Positions 49,372-62,160 of a stretch of 64,000 nt of DNA are shown one piece after another. Within the stretch, counting starts at the first letter, position 1, and each line of letters opens with the position of its first letter. The notes under the pieces were generated by a model that made no database searches, was not told the origin of the DNA, and saw nothing but the letters and a program-made list of their open reading frames with translations. The position numbers were made by a program, and so were the translations under genes. The DNA is from Neoconidiobolus thromboides FSU 785 (lineage: Eukaryota > Fungi > Entomophthoromycota), in assembly GCA_025603075.1 (NCBI GenBank), contig MU626364.1, positions 11,108-75,107 of the forward strand, given 5' to 3'.

Positions 49372-52300
49372 TTTTTATGTTATACTTTTTTAATAAGCTA
49401 TAAATAAATAAATTTAATTTTTTTATAATTTGATGTTTAAAACTTTGAAGAAAATCAAGTGTATTTATACTTTGATCTATAAACAAAGTTTTCTTTTTTA
49501 ATAATTATTCTTTCAGTAATATTATTATTCTTTGAGCTTTTCTATTGAAAGGCTCTTTATTCGCTTTTTATTTCTAGTTGCCTATTCATTGGCTGGACAT
49601 TACTTCAGTTTAAATTTGTATTCACTTTTTTCCTTAGAAATTTTGTCATTGTTTTTCTTAAATTGCCAATTTAAGGGTTTTTAGTAAGATTTCATTCTAA
49701 ATAGGAAATAAAAGGCAGATGCTGAAAATTTTTAATCATCTATTCTTAATTTATTAATAGATTTCTTAGTTTATTAGGAAATTGCGTCTGTTTAGAAAAG
49801 TTAATTCTTGTTTTGGGTATTGAGTACATTTTTTTAATAGCGAATAACATTATGCATTGGGTTTTTGGGTTTTTTATCTTTTACGCATCTTAATTTTTTT
49901 CGGTTTAAGATTATCCAAAATTATTTTACTGAAGGATAGTATCAAGAATATCTAGATGATAATGTAGTAATAAATCTAGAGTTTTGAATTTTATGACATT
50001 TTTGACATTTTGACATTATGACTTATAAAGTAAAGATCAAGTAATCAGTCTTATATATCCCAATATTTTGATAAGAGATTTCAAAAATATACATAGAGAG
50101 ATCATAATAAAATTATTTAATAGCACTTGACTTTAGTTTCTAAATTCTGTTTTTCTAATCAGTTGACCTGTAAAAGTTACAACCAATCAATTATACAGGG
50201 TATGAGCAATCTGAAACATTAAAAGTGTTATTGTATAATAAGTGAAACCTTAGAAAAAATCTTCAGAATTGCCCTCAAATAACTTACAAATGATATCCAC
50301 TTTGCAAATAAGATTAAGTTATCTAATTGAGTGAGAACAAGGGATAAGATTAGGGTCAAAAACATGGAAGTTCTTATAGATAGTAAAATAAAATTAAAAA
50401 TAAATGAATTGAATAATTATTGAATTATTATTAGTTCAAAAATATTAGTAATTTTTAAAGATTTGGCCGCTTATCTAAAACCAAACTCTTGAACTTTTTG
50501 ATAGCTCTTTATAAAATACTCCGTTTACCATATTTAATAATATTTCCTTATGTAGTAAGAGAAAAAAGCAAGTTTATGCAAAAAGCTGAGAAACTTGAAA
50601 CGCTAAAGTTTTGATACTGCTTTCAATAAAGCTTATAGCTAGGATGAAGTTGGAGTAGAAATAAGTTTATCCACATTTTTAAGTGCTCTAGACCATAATT
50701 CTAAATAGCAAAAACCTTTGTTGCTGATACTTTGCAACTTTGTTAAAGTAATAGATTAAATTAAATTTAAAATAATCAATATGGTTAAAGTTAAAATCAA
50801 AGTAGCTAATGATCCATCCACACTTTATGAGCTAAATTGCGAAACAGTATATAACAAGTAATTGAAGAAAAAGAGTGGTGATTTATAGGGATGTACGACG
50901 TATTATATAACGGACTTAAATTATTCTATTCAATAAGTAGAAAATTGCCGCATACTAACATGAAAATTTAAATAAATTATTCTAAAATAAATTGTATAAT
51001 TAAATCACATGTTCTTAAGCATATCAAAACCTTAACTATTATAATTAGTTTAATTTCAAAAAAATTAAAATATAATTGTGCTAAAAATAAATAGCGAATA
51101 TTAAGTCAAAAAAAGTCAAAATTTTACTTTTATATTTTTAATACTTTCTTTTTTAGACCAATAAAGGATCTATTAGCTATATTTATTAATGTTTGGCTAA
51201 CATAGGAACAGTTAGTAACAAAGTAAAATTGCCTTCAATAAAAATAAGATAGTAAAATTAGTTTAAAATAATAAATATTAAAAAATAACAAAGTTGTAAG
51301 AAATTAAATAGTTGCAATTTTATGAAGCAATAAAAATGACATAGTTTTACTTTAATAAATCCGTGGCTATTGGAAAAGGCCTAGAGCACGCGAAATACTT
51401 TTCCGCATTTTATCTTTCCGAATAACCATTTTAGTTAAAGCAAATCTCATTTACCATTTGAAATTTTAAAGAAAAGCCCAAAATGAAGCACATTATTTTC
51501 GTACATTTTATTACTTGTTTTAGTAAAAAGACAGTCCTTAATAATTCTATTTCATATATGATTTTATTCATCAATTTGATTTATAATAAGCATTATTTAA
51601 TACATCATGATATTTAATATAATATTAAACATTTACTTTGACATCCCCTCATATTATGCTCTTTTTTCAATTATTAATCAGTAGAGTAAGGATTAAAGAT
51701 TTGAGACAACAATTTACAGTTTTCAACAAAAAACAAATACAATTATTGAAATTAAAATCACATCCAATCAAAAGTTGGGAGATTAAAATTTGAATAAATA
51801 AAAGCTCAAAAACTAGAGATTTTAAACTATACTTGTTATTTTTTTCATTAAAAATTAGTTTTTTTGTTCAAAATTGGTGAAGTTGCTACCTCAAATCTAC
51901 AACTTAATTCCGAAAATATCAGATAACAATAAATAATATTGGAAAAAGATATATATGAAAATAAAAGATATGAATTGTTATGCCATTATTTTACTCCCAC
52001 TGAAAATTTATTTTATTTATTAAAACATAATAGATTGGACATAATTTTAAATGTCGTTTAACAAAATCTTAAACTAAAGGATGTATAAGGGAATTTATAA
52101 AGCAGCCCGATTTTTTGATTTGCACTAAAAACAGGTCATAGGGGCTACAATGGTAGTTTTGGTTCTTAAATTTTTGATAAGAAATCATTTTTTATCTAAT
52201 ATTTTTTAATTTTACTTAAATTAGATAATTATTACTATTTTACAATCACTAATAATAAAATATTGGCTAACTTATGTTGGCTCAAATAATTGTTCAGAAA

Positions 52301-52750
52301 ACTAAAAACCAATAGCATAGTAGAGAGTGTTATTTAGATGTCCTAATCAATAATATTTTTGGATTTTTAGGCCAAATTTTACAAGAATTGATTTTGTGAT
52401 TGCTGTTAGTTACTCTTACAACTTGTGCTACAAAAAAGATCACATTATTATAAAGTAATTTATACTTAAAATTAACATGAGACGATACAAACGATTTTAT
52501 AGTAAAAATCATAAATCTGTTATCCAGTTGGCTTATGAAAGTACAATTTTAAAGTTCATATTAGTTTTTCTTAAAATAAAAGGATTTCTGATAATCTTAG
52601 TTTTGATCAATTTGAAACGTGAAGGTCTAGGACTGCTATAGTAAATTCTTTTACTCAAAAATAATTGAATTTAGGTATAAAATCTATTTGCTGATACAAT
52701 TAACAACTTTTATTTGTTTAATTTTTTGAAACTTTATTATTTAATCAAAC

Positions 52751-54469
52751 TTAATGAGAAGGTGTTTTTGTAGTAGTGAGAGGGATATGCTTAATGAACA
52801 AAGAAAGTATTAAACTCAAAGCAGAAAAGGGGACTAAAGATAGGAACATAATACGATAAGCAGTCAAGTAAGCTTGAATGGCTAGAGCATGTTGATCTGA
52901 AGGTAATGAATGTAGATAACTTAATGAATTAATGATTAAACTAGAGTCGATATCAGGTAGTAATGTGTTCAAATTGTTAACTAATATATTATTAAAAATA
53001 CTTCCTTGTATAGCTAATCCAAATACACCACCTATTGTTAAAGAAAAGTTGATAAATGCTGTCATGATGGCTACATCTAATAAAACAGTATGTTAAGTAA
53101 ATTTATAAAACATAAATAAAGTTCATAATTACCTTCTTCTTTGACAGCAACTTGAGAAGCAACTAGGCATGTTTGAATACTTAAACCAATACCAATACCA
53201 ATTAATAATGGATAGAGTATTTCTTCAAATCTCAAAATGTTATCGGATAACCTTGCCATTAAAGAGTTCCCAATGACTAAGAGCACCATACCTGACCAAA
53301 TAAATGGTCGATAAAATTTAAGCTTATTAACAAGTAAACCAGATGCAGCAGCGAACCCACATATACCGACTAAAATAGGCAAAGTTTCAATACCTGCAAT
53401 AATAGCTGAAGAAGAATAAATCGTTTGATGATACAGTGGCCAATAGTACATATATACAAACATTGAAAAGCCAAACAACATAGAACATAGGTTTAGTAAG
53501 ATAGCATTTGGAGTAAACATTTTACTTGGTATAACAGGCTCAACAGCATACTTTTTCTCAATAAGAACAAATATACCCAATATAATTAAACCGAGTATTA
53601 AGCAAACTATTACTTGAGGGGATGACCAAGGGTATTCTTTTCCTCCCCAATTAAGTGCTAAAACCAACAATATTATTCCAACGACCAAAGTTATAGTACC
53701 AAATATGTCGACCCTTTTCAATGTTTCCTTTATGTTATCTTCGCTTTTATGATTGGGTAATGTAAACATAATTAATGCAGTTGCTACTACAACTATTGGT
53801 ATATTTATGTAAAACACCCATCTCCAATCAACATAATCTACAAATACTCCACCTAATAATGGGCCAATAACATAGGACAGGGCAAAAGTACCATTAATTA
53901 AACTTAAATAACCACTTCTAGTTTCAATAGGTATAATATCTATAGTAAATGATTATAAGTTAAATTATTATTTGTAATGTATGCTATAGCTTACCTGAGA
54001 CAACGATAAAGGCTAACGATATTAATCCCCCAGCTGCAATACCTGAAATTGCACGAAAAATAATTAAAACTATAAGACTAGTAGCAGTACCACAAACAAT
54101 TGAACCAATTAAAAACAAAAATAAACTAAATAATAGACAGTATTTTCGTCCAAATAAATCTGAAAATTTCCCATACAATGGCTCAAACGCTGTCATAGTT
54201 AATAGATAAGCTCCGGCTATCCAAGTTACTTCGCCACTGCCATTAAACTCCTTAGTTATTGCTGCTAGAGCAGTTGCCACTATAGTTTCATCTACAGCAG
54301 CGATTAAAATTGATAAAACTAATGATATCAAAATCAATATGATCTTTGTTTTTCCTAAAGTAATTTCGACTTGGTTGTTGTTTAGTGTACCACTTTCAAC
54401 ACTGAATTCTTGATTTGTTTCATTATTATCTTTCTCAACACTAAACTCTTGTTTTAAATTATTCGACAT
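52751..54469 (-). CDS. MFS drug:H+ antiporter, DHA2 (14-TM) family; exons 54469-53995, 53939-53133, 53076-52751
   Basis: AAVDETIVATAL motif D1, YGKFSDLFGRK motif A, GPLLGG motif C, WRWVFYINIP; two GT-AG introns join the three ORFs. Confidence 0.93.
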
Positions 54470-54722
54470 TATATATTCTATTTTTATTAAAAGTTAAAAA
54501 TTTAATATCATTATTTTTTTGATTTTTTATACTTTTTCAAAATATAAATTAATTATTACTAAAAATTTTATGCTTAGAAATTAACCAATGGAAGATCTTT
54601 TTAAAGCCTTATTTTTTAAAAAATTAGCTTGATTCTTTTTTGGTAGTTCATTTTTAGCCTATCTTTTGCCGAAATTTTTTAGCTCAAGTTTTTTGACTTG
54701 AAACTTCATTTTCGCTATTAAT

Positions 54723-54742
54723 CTCGGAATTTTCTTTCCGAG
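54723..54742. promoter_or_regulatory. Palindromic CGG-N10-CCG site, candidate Zn2Cys6 binding site upstream of the MFS gene
   Basis: CTCGGAA-TTTTCT-TTCCGAG, perfect 7-bp arms, about 255 bp upstream of the MFS ATG. Confidence 0.45.
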
Positions 54743-55586
54743 TTTTTTTGTAAACATTAAGTCATTATGGTTTTTTGGAGGATGGGTATAAACCAATTAA
54801 ATATGAAATATAGACGCTGGCTACTTACAATTTGATAATATTAGAGCACCAATTAAGCAGCTACTTTCTTTAAAAAAGATTTAATCAAAAACTAAAATGT
54901 GTTTCCTAGTTATAATGTATGACTATCCGTTCTAATACTCATTAAGAAGAAATGAGCAAAAATCTCGACTTCTGTTTATATAAAAAATTAAAGATAAAAG
55001 TACTTTGTCAAATGTATTTGTTCAAGTTTGATTTATAAACTTTTAACTATCGAATATATTCAAAAGTTTATGTTTTAATATAGTTAAATGAAACTTTAAT
55101 TCATTTTTAATAAACTTTGGAGATTTAAATGTAGATACAAATAACAATTTAACTGATAAAAAAATAAAGATGGTCACATAAAATAAAACAAGATAGTGTA
55201 ACTCTTATATAAAAGTGATAATTTTCCGAAAAAGACCTAATGATGATAAAAAATTATTTTATAAAGGAAATTAATAAGTTTTAAGTTATTATGAAAGACT
55301 TTTTTATTGGTTTAATTATAACAGATTCATATCAACAAAATAACTCCAATTGATCATTTTTTGTATTATAATGCTTAGCATAATATAGTATAATACACTA
55401 TATTGATTAAAATAGTGTTTGATTTAAGCTAGTCCTTTTTGATTTAATAGAATTATATATAAAATTGTAACAAAAATATACCAAAATAGTTCAAAAGTCA
55501 ACTCTACTTCTTTAACAACTTCTTTATAATTATATCTAAATAGCTATAAATAAATCAAAATTTAGAAAGTTATTTCATAAAAAAAC

Positions 55587-55692
55587 ATTAGGCGATGTAT
55601 TTTTGTGTTTAAGAATTTTGCTAATAATTTTCCGCTCAAATAGCGCTCAAAAAATGGAAAAAGTAATGAAACCAAAAAAAACATCCTCATTA
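55587..55692 (+). mobile_element. Fold-back element copy 17
   Basis: Full length, flanked by direct ATTA/ATTA. Confidence 0.87.
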
Positions 55693-56339
55693 CTTGTGGC
55701 AATGCTTAAAGCTGTGTAAACATTTATCAAAGTATTTTTACGAAAAGTTTTTGTTCACTTTTAGTATAGTTTATGTATAAAAAGACTGGATAAAATTCGA
55801 ATCGAGCTCTTAAACTAAACTCATAGTCTTTCATCTGTTTGAGTTTTAATGATTCCGATTTTTTTAGCAAAAATTGCAGATTAAACACCAATTATTACAA
55901 AAATATTTGGCTTTTTACTTAGTTTTAAAATAACTTGTATTGAAATATTTTTTTATCCAGTTTTAATAGTTCTCTAAAAATTCCACACTAAATAAGAAAT
56001 AGCTAAAAAATAAAATTGTAAAATTCTATTTTTGATTTAAACTAGCTTTTAAACTTACATATATAATAACCTAAATAAAAAAAGAGTGGCACTTGTGACT
56101 GGAAATGAAGCAAAGGTGATGTGATATAAATGTGTAGTTGTGTTAATTTGAACTAAATTTCAAATGGGATGTAAACGAATATAAATTATTAGAATTCGAA
56201 TGATAACGATAATAAATAAGTTTCCTCTAAAATACAAAAATAAAGCAATAAATCAAAAATAAAAGTGTACAATATTTAACAATGAACTTGGGCAATGTCT
56301 AGTAGTAAGCAATGAAGAATCCAAAAAGACAATTTATAG

Positions 56340-56660
56340 GTTACAGATAGAAAATAATAGTAATAAATATTTTTTAAAAGACGTACACAGTGAAGATTTA
56401 TCAAAGATTGAGAGAAGATATAGTAAGTAATGAGCCTAAAGTAAGGATTTGTAATTGCTAAGTAGAGAAAGATGATAACAACAAATAAATGAATAAACTC
56501 AACTTTGATTAATATTAATAGGAACTAATTTGAACATACTTTGAATAATATAAAAGAAGATGGCAAAATTACAGCTTTAAATTGATTGTCAAAAGACAAA
56601 TATTCAGTTGGCTTTATAAGTAGAATAATTAGATTCAATAAAAACTGAAGTTCAACTATG
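56340..56660 (+). pseudogene. Decayed coding fragment, paralog of 57980..58504, family unknown
   Basis: Broken frames give REDIVSNEPKVRICN, LILIG, LNNIKEDGKITALN, IRFNKN, matching the downstream copy in order. Confidence 0.65.
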
Positions 56661-57648
56661 ATTTTAGGCCACTTTTATAGAGTTTATTTATGGACTGTTA
56701 CTATAAAAGTTGAATTAACGTTTAGTAAGATGCTTAAAGATAGGAATATATATAAGATTAGATATATAGCTTATTTACATCTGCGCAAAGGCTTTATGCA
56801 TTTAGGAGATATATTAAACCAATAAAGTCCCAAGGAAATAAAAATGCGTTAAACATCATAGTATTGGTTGCTTTATTAATATTATAACTAATGATTGTTT
56901 TTTTTGCTATTTTTACATTTTATAGTTTTGTGTTTCGCTTTAAACCATTAATTTGTTACATCTGATCAAATTCGTTGGAATAGCTACTTTCTCAGGGTTT
57001 TAAGTATTATTAGCATCTTTGGTATGCAAGGGAGTTATAGTAACAGTTTTTGTATCTATCCTTATTTTAAATAAAAAAATTTATTATGTAAAGACTATCG
57101 TTTGAGCTTAGTAAAGTAGTATGCCATAAAATGAAGTTAGAGTATGAGGCATAATTATCATTTGATAAACCAATATATTAAGGTATAGTACATGGAGATT
57201 TTATAGGAAAATCATGCGTTTTTTGCTTATATAAACTAATATTCAAGTATACATAGCTTGAACATCTTCATGCCATCGATCACCTTGCTCAACCTGCTTT
57301 ATAGAACTGTCCACGGATCTTTCTACAGGACTATTCCTGGCTCGGTGCCAATTCTTTCAGCCTTTGATAATCAATTTTTTGGTAGTCATAAATGACAGTA
57401 GAGGATCCTTTCGGGTTTATATAACTATTAGTATGACTCTATTGAGAACTAATATTTAAGAAGACTTACTTTTATTAGTTAATTTTAAATTTCAAAAAAA
57501 ATTAACATGAAATCTAATAATTTGCCTTCTGGCTTAGATTGGCTGCTATAATTAGTACTTTAATCACTCTATAGCTAATACTTTACGTGAACTTTAAATA
57601 AACTTATAGATATAATGTAGTTCTAAAATACTAAATTTTTTTATTAAG

Positions 57649-57754
57649 ATATGGGGATGTATTTTTTTGTTTAAGAATTTTACTAACAGTTTTCCCACTC
57701 AAATAGTGCTTAAAAAAGGGAAAAATAATGAAACCAAAAAAAACAGCCCCATAT
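57649..57754 (+). mobile_element. Fold-back element copy 18 (near consensus)
   Basis: ATAT-GGGGATGTATTTTTTTGTTTAAGAATTTTACTAACAGTTTTCCCACTCAAATAGTGCTTAAAAAAGGGAAAAATAATGAAACCAAAAAAAACAGCCCC-ATAT. Confidence 0.9.
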
Positions 57755-57979
57755 GTTTTTTAATAAAATAAATTGTAATATAAATGTATATAATATTGGG
57801 CTAAACCATAGTTAAAATAGTATATAGGCACTGTTTTCTATGAAATAAATAAAATAATGACAGCATCCATCCTACCGCCCAATATAACGAAGTAAAACAA
57901 AAGTAAAAAAGAAATACATAATCTTTAATAGTAAAGTTAGTCATTATTTAACAGTAAATAATAGAAAAATCAACGAAAT

Positions 57980-58504
57980 AATATAAGGATTTTATACAGG
58001 AAAGAGAGAATATAATTCAAAAGGTAAACGTAGAAAAAGTTTGTTAAACATTATCCGAGAAGATATAATCAGTGATGGACCTAAATTTATAATTTGTAAT
58101 TATAAAGAAAAACAAGAGTACAAGTATGATTCAATTATATTTACAGAAACAAAGCAACGAATTTAATACTGATTGGTGCTAGTATTAATCAATTTGGTTG
58201 TGTTTTGGATAATATGAAAGAAGGTGTTAAGATTACAGTTTTAAATCCACTGTTGAAAGATGAGCCTCTAGTCAATTTTCAAGACAAAATGTTTAGATTC
58301 AATAAAAATAAACTCGCCAAAGTAAAATTCAATTGTGATCTTGTTCCATTTTTTAAACATTTACTCATGGGTCTATTGCTAATAAGAATTGATTTAATGG
58401 TTGACAGGATATTAAAAAGGAAGAAAAAGCATCGGATTGAATATGTAAATTGGACACATCCATCTGAAGATCTTCCTTACTTTATGAATGCACTAAATCA
58501 ATAA
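57980..58504 (+). pseudogene. Decayed coding fragment, paralog of 56340..56660, family unknown
   Basis: REDIISDGPKFIICN, frameshift, then LILIGASINQFGCVLDNMKEGVKITVLNP...FRFNKN. Confidence 0.65.
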
Positions 58505-59349
58505 ACTCTCAGATACGTTAGATTATAATAATACTAAAGTTCAAATTGTTCATATTATTATTCGTGGCTTGACTATATTACTCTTTAGTTGCTTTTGGTG
58601 CTGCCTTTTGCTATGTAAGATATCAATGCTTTCAAGCGTTATATTAATGAGGATAATATTATAGAGGTAAAATTGTAAATCAAGCAGAGGGTCAAATGCA
58701 TGATATTCTTTTATTTTCGCTATTTAATATTAACACAATCAGAGTCCGGACAGATATGTGTTGCATCTAACAGCTTTTATTATAGAAATATCTTTTTACC
58801 TTTTTAAAAATGAAAGTTTAATATGAAGGTAATTTCTGTAGCTATAGATAATTTTTTAAGTTACAAAAGAACTTCAATATATAAGGATCTTCGAATTGGT
58901 TTCGAACTTTTATTAAAAATTTCAATATAATTAGGAGAAACGCACTATACAAATATTATAATTCATCTATATTAACTCTAACAATTCTTTGTAACCTAGA
59001 GTTTACCAAATTTTATAATAAAACAAAAAAACAAAAAATAACAATATTATTAATAAAATTAATAAGTAATATACAAAATTAATGTTTTAAAGGAAACAAA
59101 AAATAAAAACTAATGAATAGCATTATCATCAACTATAACTTCAGTATATTCTTTTGATAAATACGAAAGTTTTGGATTTAGTATAAATAAAAAACAACGT
59201 AATTATTTGAAAATAGTTAATAATAACAATAACAATAACAACAAACATTTATCAAATAGTAAATATATATTAAACAAAAGTAGAAAATAATATGCAATAA
59301 ATATTTTAACAATTTAAAAAGCCAAACAGTAACTAAGTCGAAATTTTTT

Positions 59350-59452
59350 AAATGGAGGTGCTTTTTGGTTTCATTACTTTTTCCATTTTTTAAGTATTAC
59401 TTAGGTGGAAAAATTGTTAGTAAAATTCTTACATAAAAATACATCCTCATAT
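59350..59452 (-). mobile_element. Fold-back element copy 19
   Basis: Full length, GGAG...CCTC termini. Confidence 0.83.
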
Positions 59453-60024
59453 ACAAGAAATTGTTTGATTAATTTAATATCTATAAAGCTTTTATTTAGA
59501 AAGTTTACAAAAAGTAATATATAAGCAGATATAAAAAAATTGTTATAAATTTTAAAAGTTTTTATATTGTATACTCAAAGAAATTTATAAAATAAATAAT
59601 AGTTTAAATACTAATCTTGATTTTTTTGCTGAGCATTATAAAAAGATATATGATTAATAAACATCTTAGAAATCTTCTATAATGGAAAAATAGTTTTGAA
59701 GCATTAGATAAAATAAGGATGTTATTCAATTAATTTCAAAATTCAAGATTTTTATTTATGAATATAATAGAATTAGTAACTCAATTGTCAATAATAGGAA
59801 AGCAGACATGGCTTTTAAAAATACAAAAGAAATAAAAATAAGAAATAATAATAGAAACACAAGATATTAAAAAATATTTACATTTTATTAAACACAATAA
59901 TAAACTATGTTATTATCCAGCATTCGATAGACTAAAAGCGATATAATTCCAATTAAAGTTGTAGAGCCTATAAAAATAAACTCCAGCTTATTTTTTTAAA
60001 TAATAGAAAATTTAAAGTTTTAAT

Positions 60025-60128
60025 ATTTGAGGTTGTTTTTTTTGTTTAAGAATTTTACTAACAATCTTTCTGCTCAAATAATGCTTAAAAAGTGCAAAAG
60101 TAATGAGATCAAAAAAACATCCACATTT
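60025..60128 (+). mobile_element. Fold-back element copy 20
   Basis: Full length, flanked by direct ATTT/ATTT. Confidence 0.83.
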
Positions 60129-60671
60129 ATTATGTAAATAAATAGTTTATTAAATGATATAAATAAATTATTAAATGTTAACGTTACTTAAATTATTAGT
60201 AGCTAGGTTAATGAATAGTCAAAGAGCAAGTAATTGTAATAATAATTAAAAACTATTATTATATTACTTGTATTGTATAGGGATGGCTAATTATCGCTTT
60301 GAGGCTGACTACTCTCCCCATTCAACTATTTATTGACTTAGTAATATACTAGTAATATAATTATAGCATTAAAATAACTTATTCACTTGATAGCAAATTT
60401 GTAATATTAGCTATAGGGCAATCAGTAATAAGTATTTCTCAATGAAGTTTTATAAGAATATGCATTTATTTATATATTATAACTTTAATTAATATTAATA
60501 TATAAGCTATGTTAGTAGAATCCTTACTAATCCGGAAATTTCTATTAAATTTAGTAGAAATTCTACTAACTTATAACATGTATTATAACAAAATAAGTTA
60601 AAGCTGTGTCGCAGGTACTTGCTTTTCATTGAAAACTTATAAATTTTAGGCAAAGTTTTAAACATAGAAAT

Positions 60672-60768
60672 ACATCTTTGTATTTTATATTTTGAGAATT
60701 TTACTAACAATTTTTCTACTTAAATAGTGCTTAAAAGATGTAAAAAATGAAGTAAAAATATTCACATT
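60672..60768 (+). mobile_element. Fold-back element copy 21 (termini degraded)
   Basis: GAGAATTTTACTAACAATTTTTCTACTTAAATAGTGCTTAAAAGATG core. Confidence 0.68.
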
Positions 60769-62160
60769 TAAAGAATGAATAAAAAGTGAAACTGATTTGG
60801 ACATTCCCATATAAGATTATGATATCGTCTAATATTCTAATAATAAAATGCAAATTGACATTTCATTTATAAAGTTTAAAAATAACTATGGCAATAAAGA
60901 TATAACACAAGGTTGATTACAATTATACTATCATTTTCAATGTTTAAATAATAGCTATTCTTCAATGGTCTTGCATTAAAATAAACCATTAGTTTAAGAA
61001 TAGTGCCTATAAAAATTCAATTATATAAAGTTTAAAGTTGTTTTAACAAAACAAACCAAGCTTAGAGTATTTTTCTTTTTGAAATACAATGATTTATATA
61101 TGTAGGCTATTTTTTTATCATACTATAGTTGGTAAATAGTTTGAGATAGAGGTATGATCTGAAACTATTTAGTTAATTTAGCTGAAGTTAAGATAAAGTA
61201 AATGAAGATCGAGAAATAGATTAAAGTTGTATTTAATAAAATTATTTTGATATAAATCAAAGGATTTTATACCAAATATTAATAATGATAATTAAAATGT
61301 TAAACATAAGGTTGAAGCCATAAAAGGAATTTAGTCCCTCTTATTTTTCAAGATAAGTTAATAAAAACAAAATTTCAATATATTATTATGAAATTATCAT
61401 TATGGCATGAAACCTAATTATTTTATTAAAATCATGTTATTATTATTTTAAGGAATAATTATATTAAAAAAGCAAAAAACAATAAACAATAAACAGTTAG
61501 TAGCTTGGATTTGAAAGTTTATTTAAAATTCGTAGATTTAATAGAGAACCAATTCATTGCAGTTACACGCTTTAGTAAATGGTACTGAGTTTTAATTGAA
61601 CCTAAAGTGTCTTTGGTTTCACCCCTGGCCTTTACAGCTGTTGCAACTCTCTTGGGACCTACTTAATAGGTTATTTATAAACTTTCTTTGTTAAAATTTC
61701 TCAGAATGTATAAACCAGATTTTAAAAAATTAACTAGATAAATAGTTTAGTCATAGAAATTGGCGCTAAAAAGTTGCAAAAGAAACGGAACAGAAGCATT
61801 CCATTATTTTCAGTTTTTTAGTATCAATAAAGTTATGGGTGGATTTTGAATTGAAATTCAACTAAAACGAGAATCAAGGAATAGTAACTCAAATTAAAAT
61901 ATAATAAGGAGTATGTTTAATAAATTTCTAATAATATAATTATTCTTTACTTTTGTCTTATATTAAAATTTATAGTTTAAATTTGTTCATTCACATAATA
62001 TAAAACCAGTTAAAACCAATAAAAGAATCCGAAATAGAATTGCATAAAAAGCTTAGACTATCATAATAGCATTGAAATGAAGAGTAAAACAGTATATAAT
62101 GGAAAAAAAATCCAATATCAACTTATTAATTCGCTTTTTTTAAAATAAGATAGGACAAAT

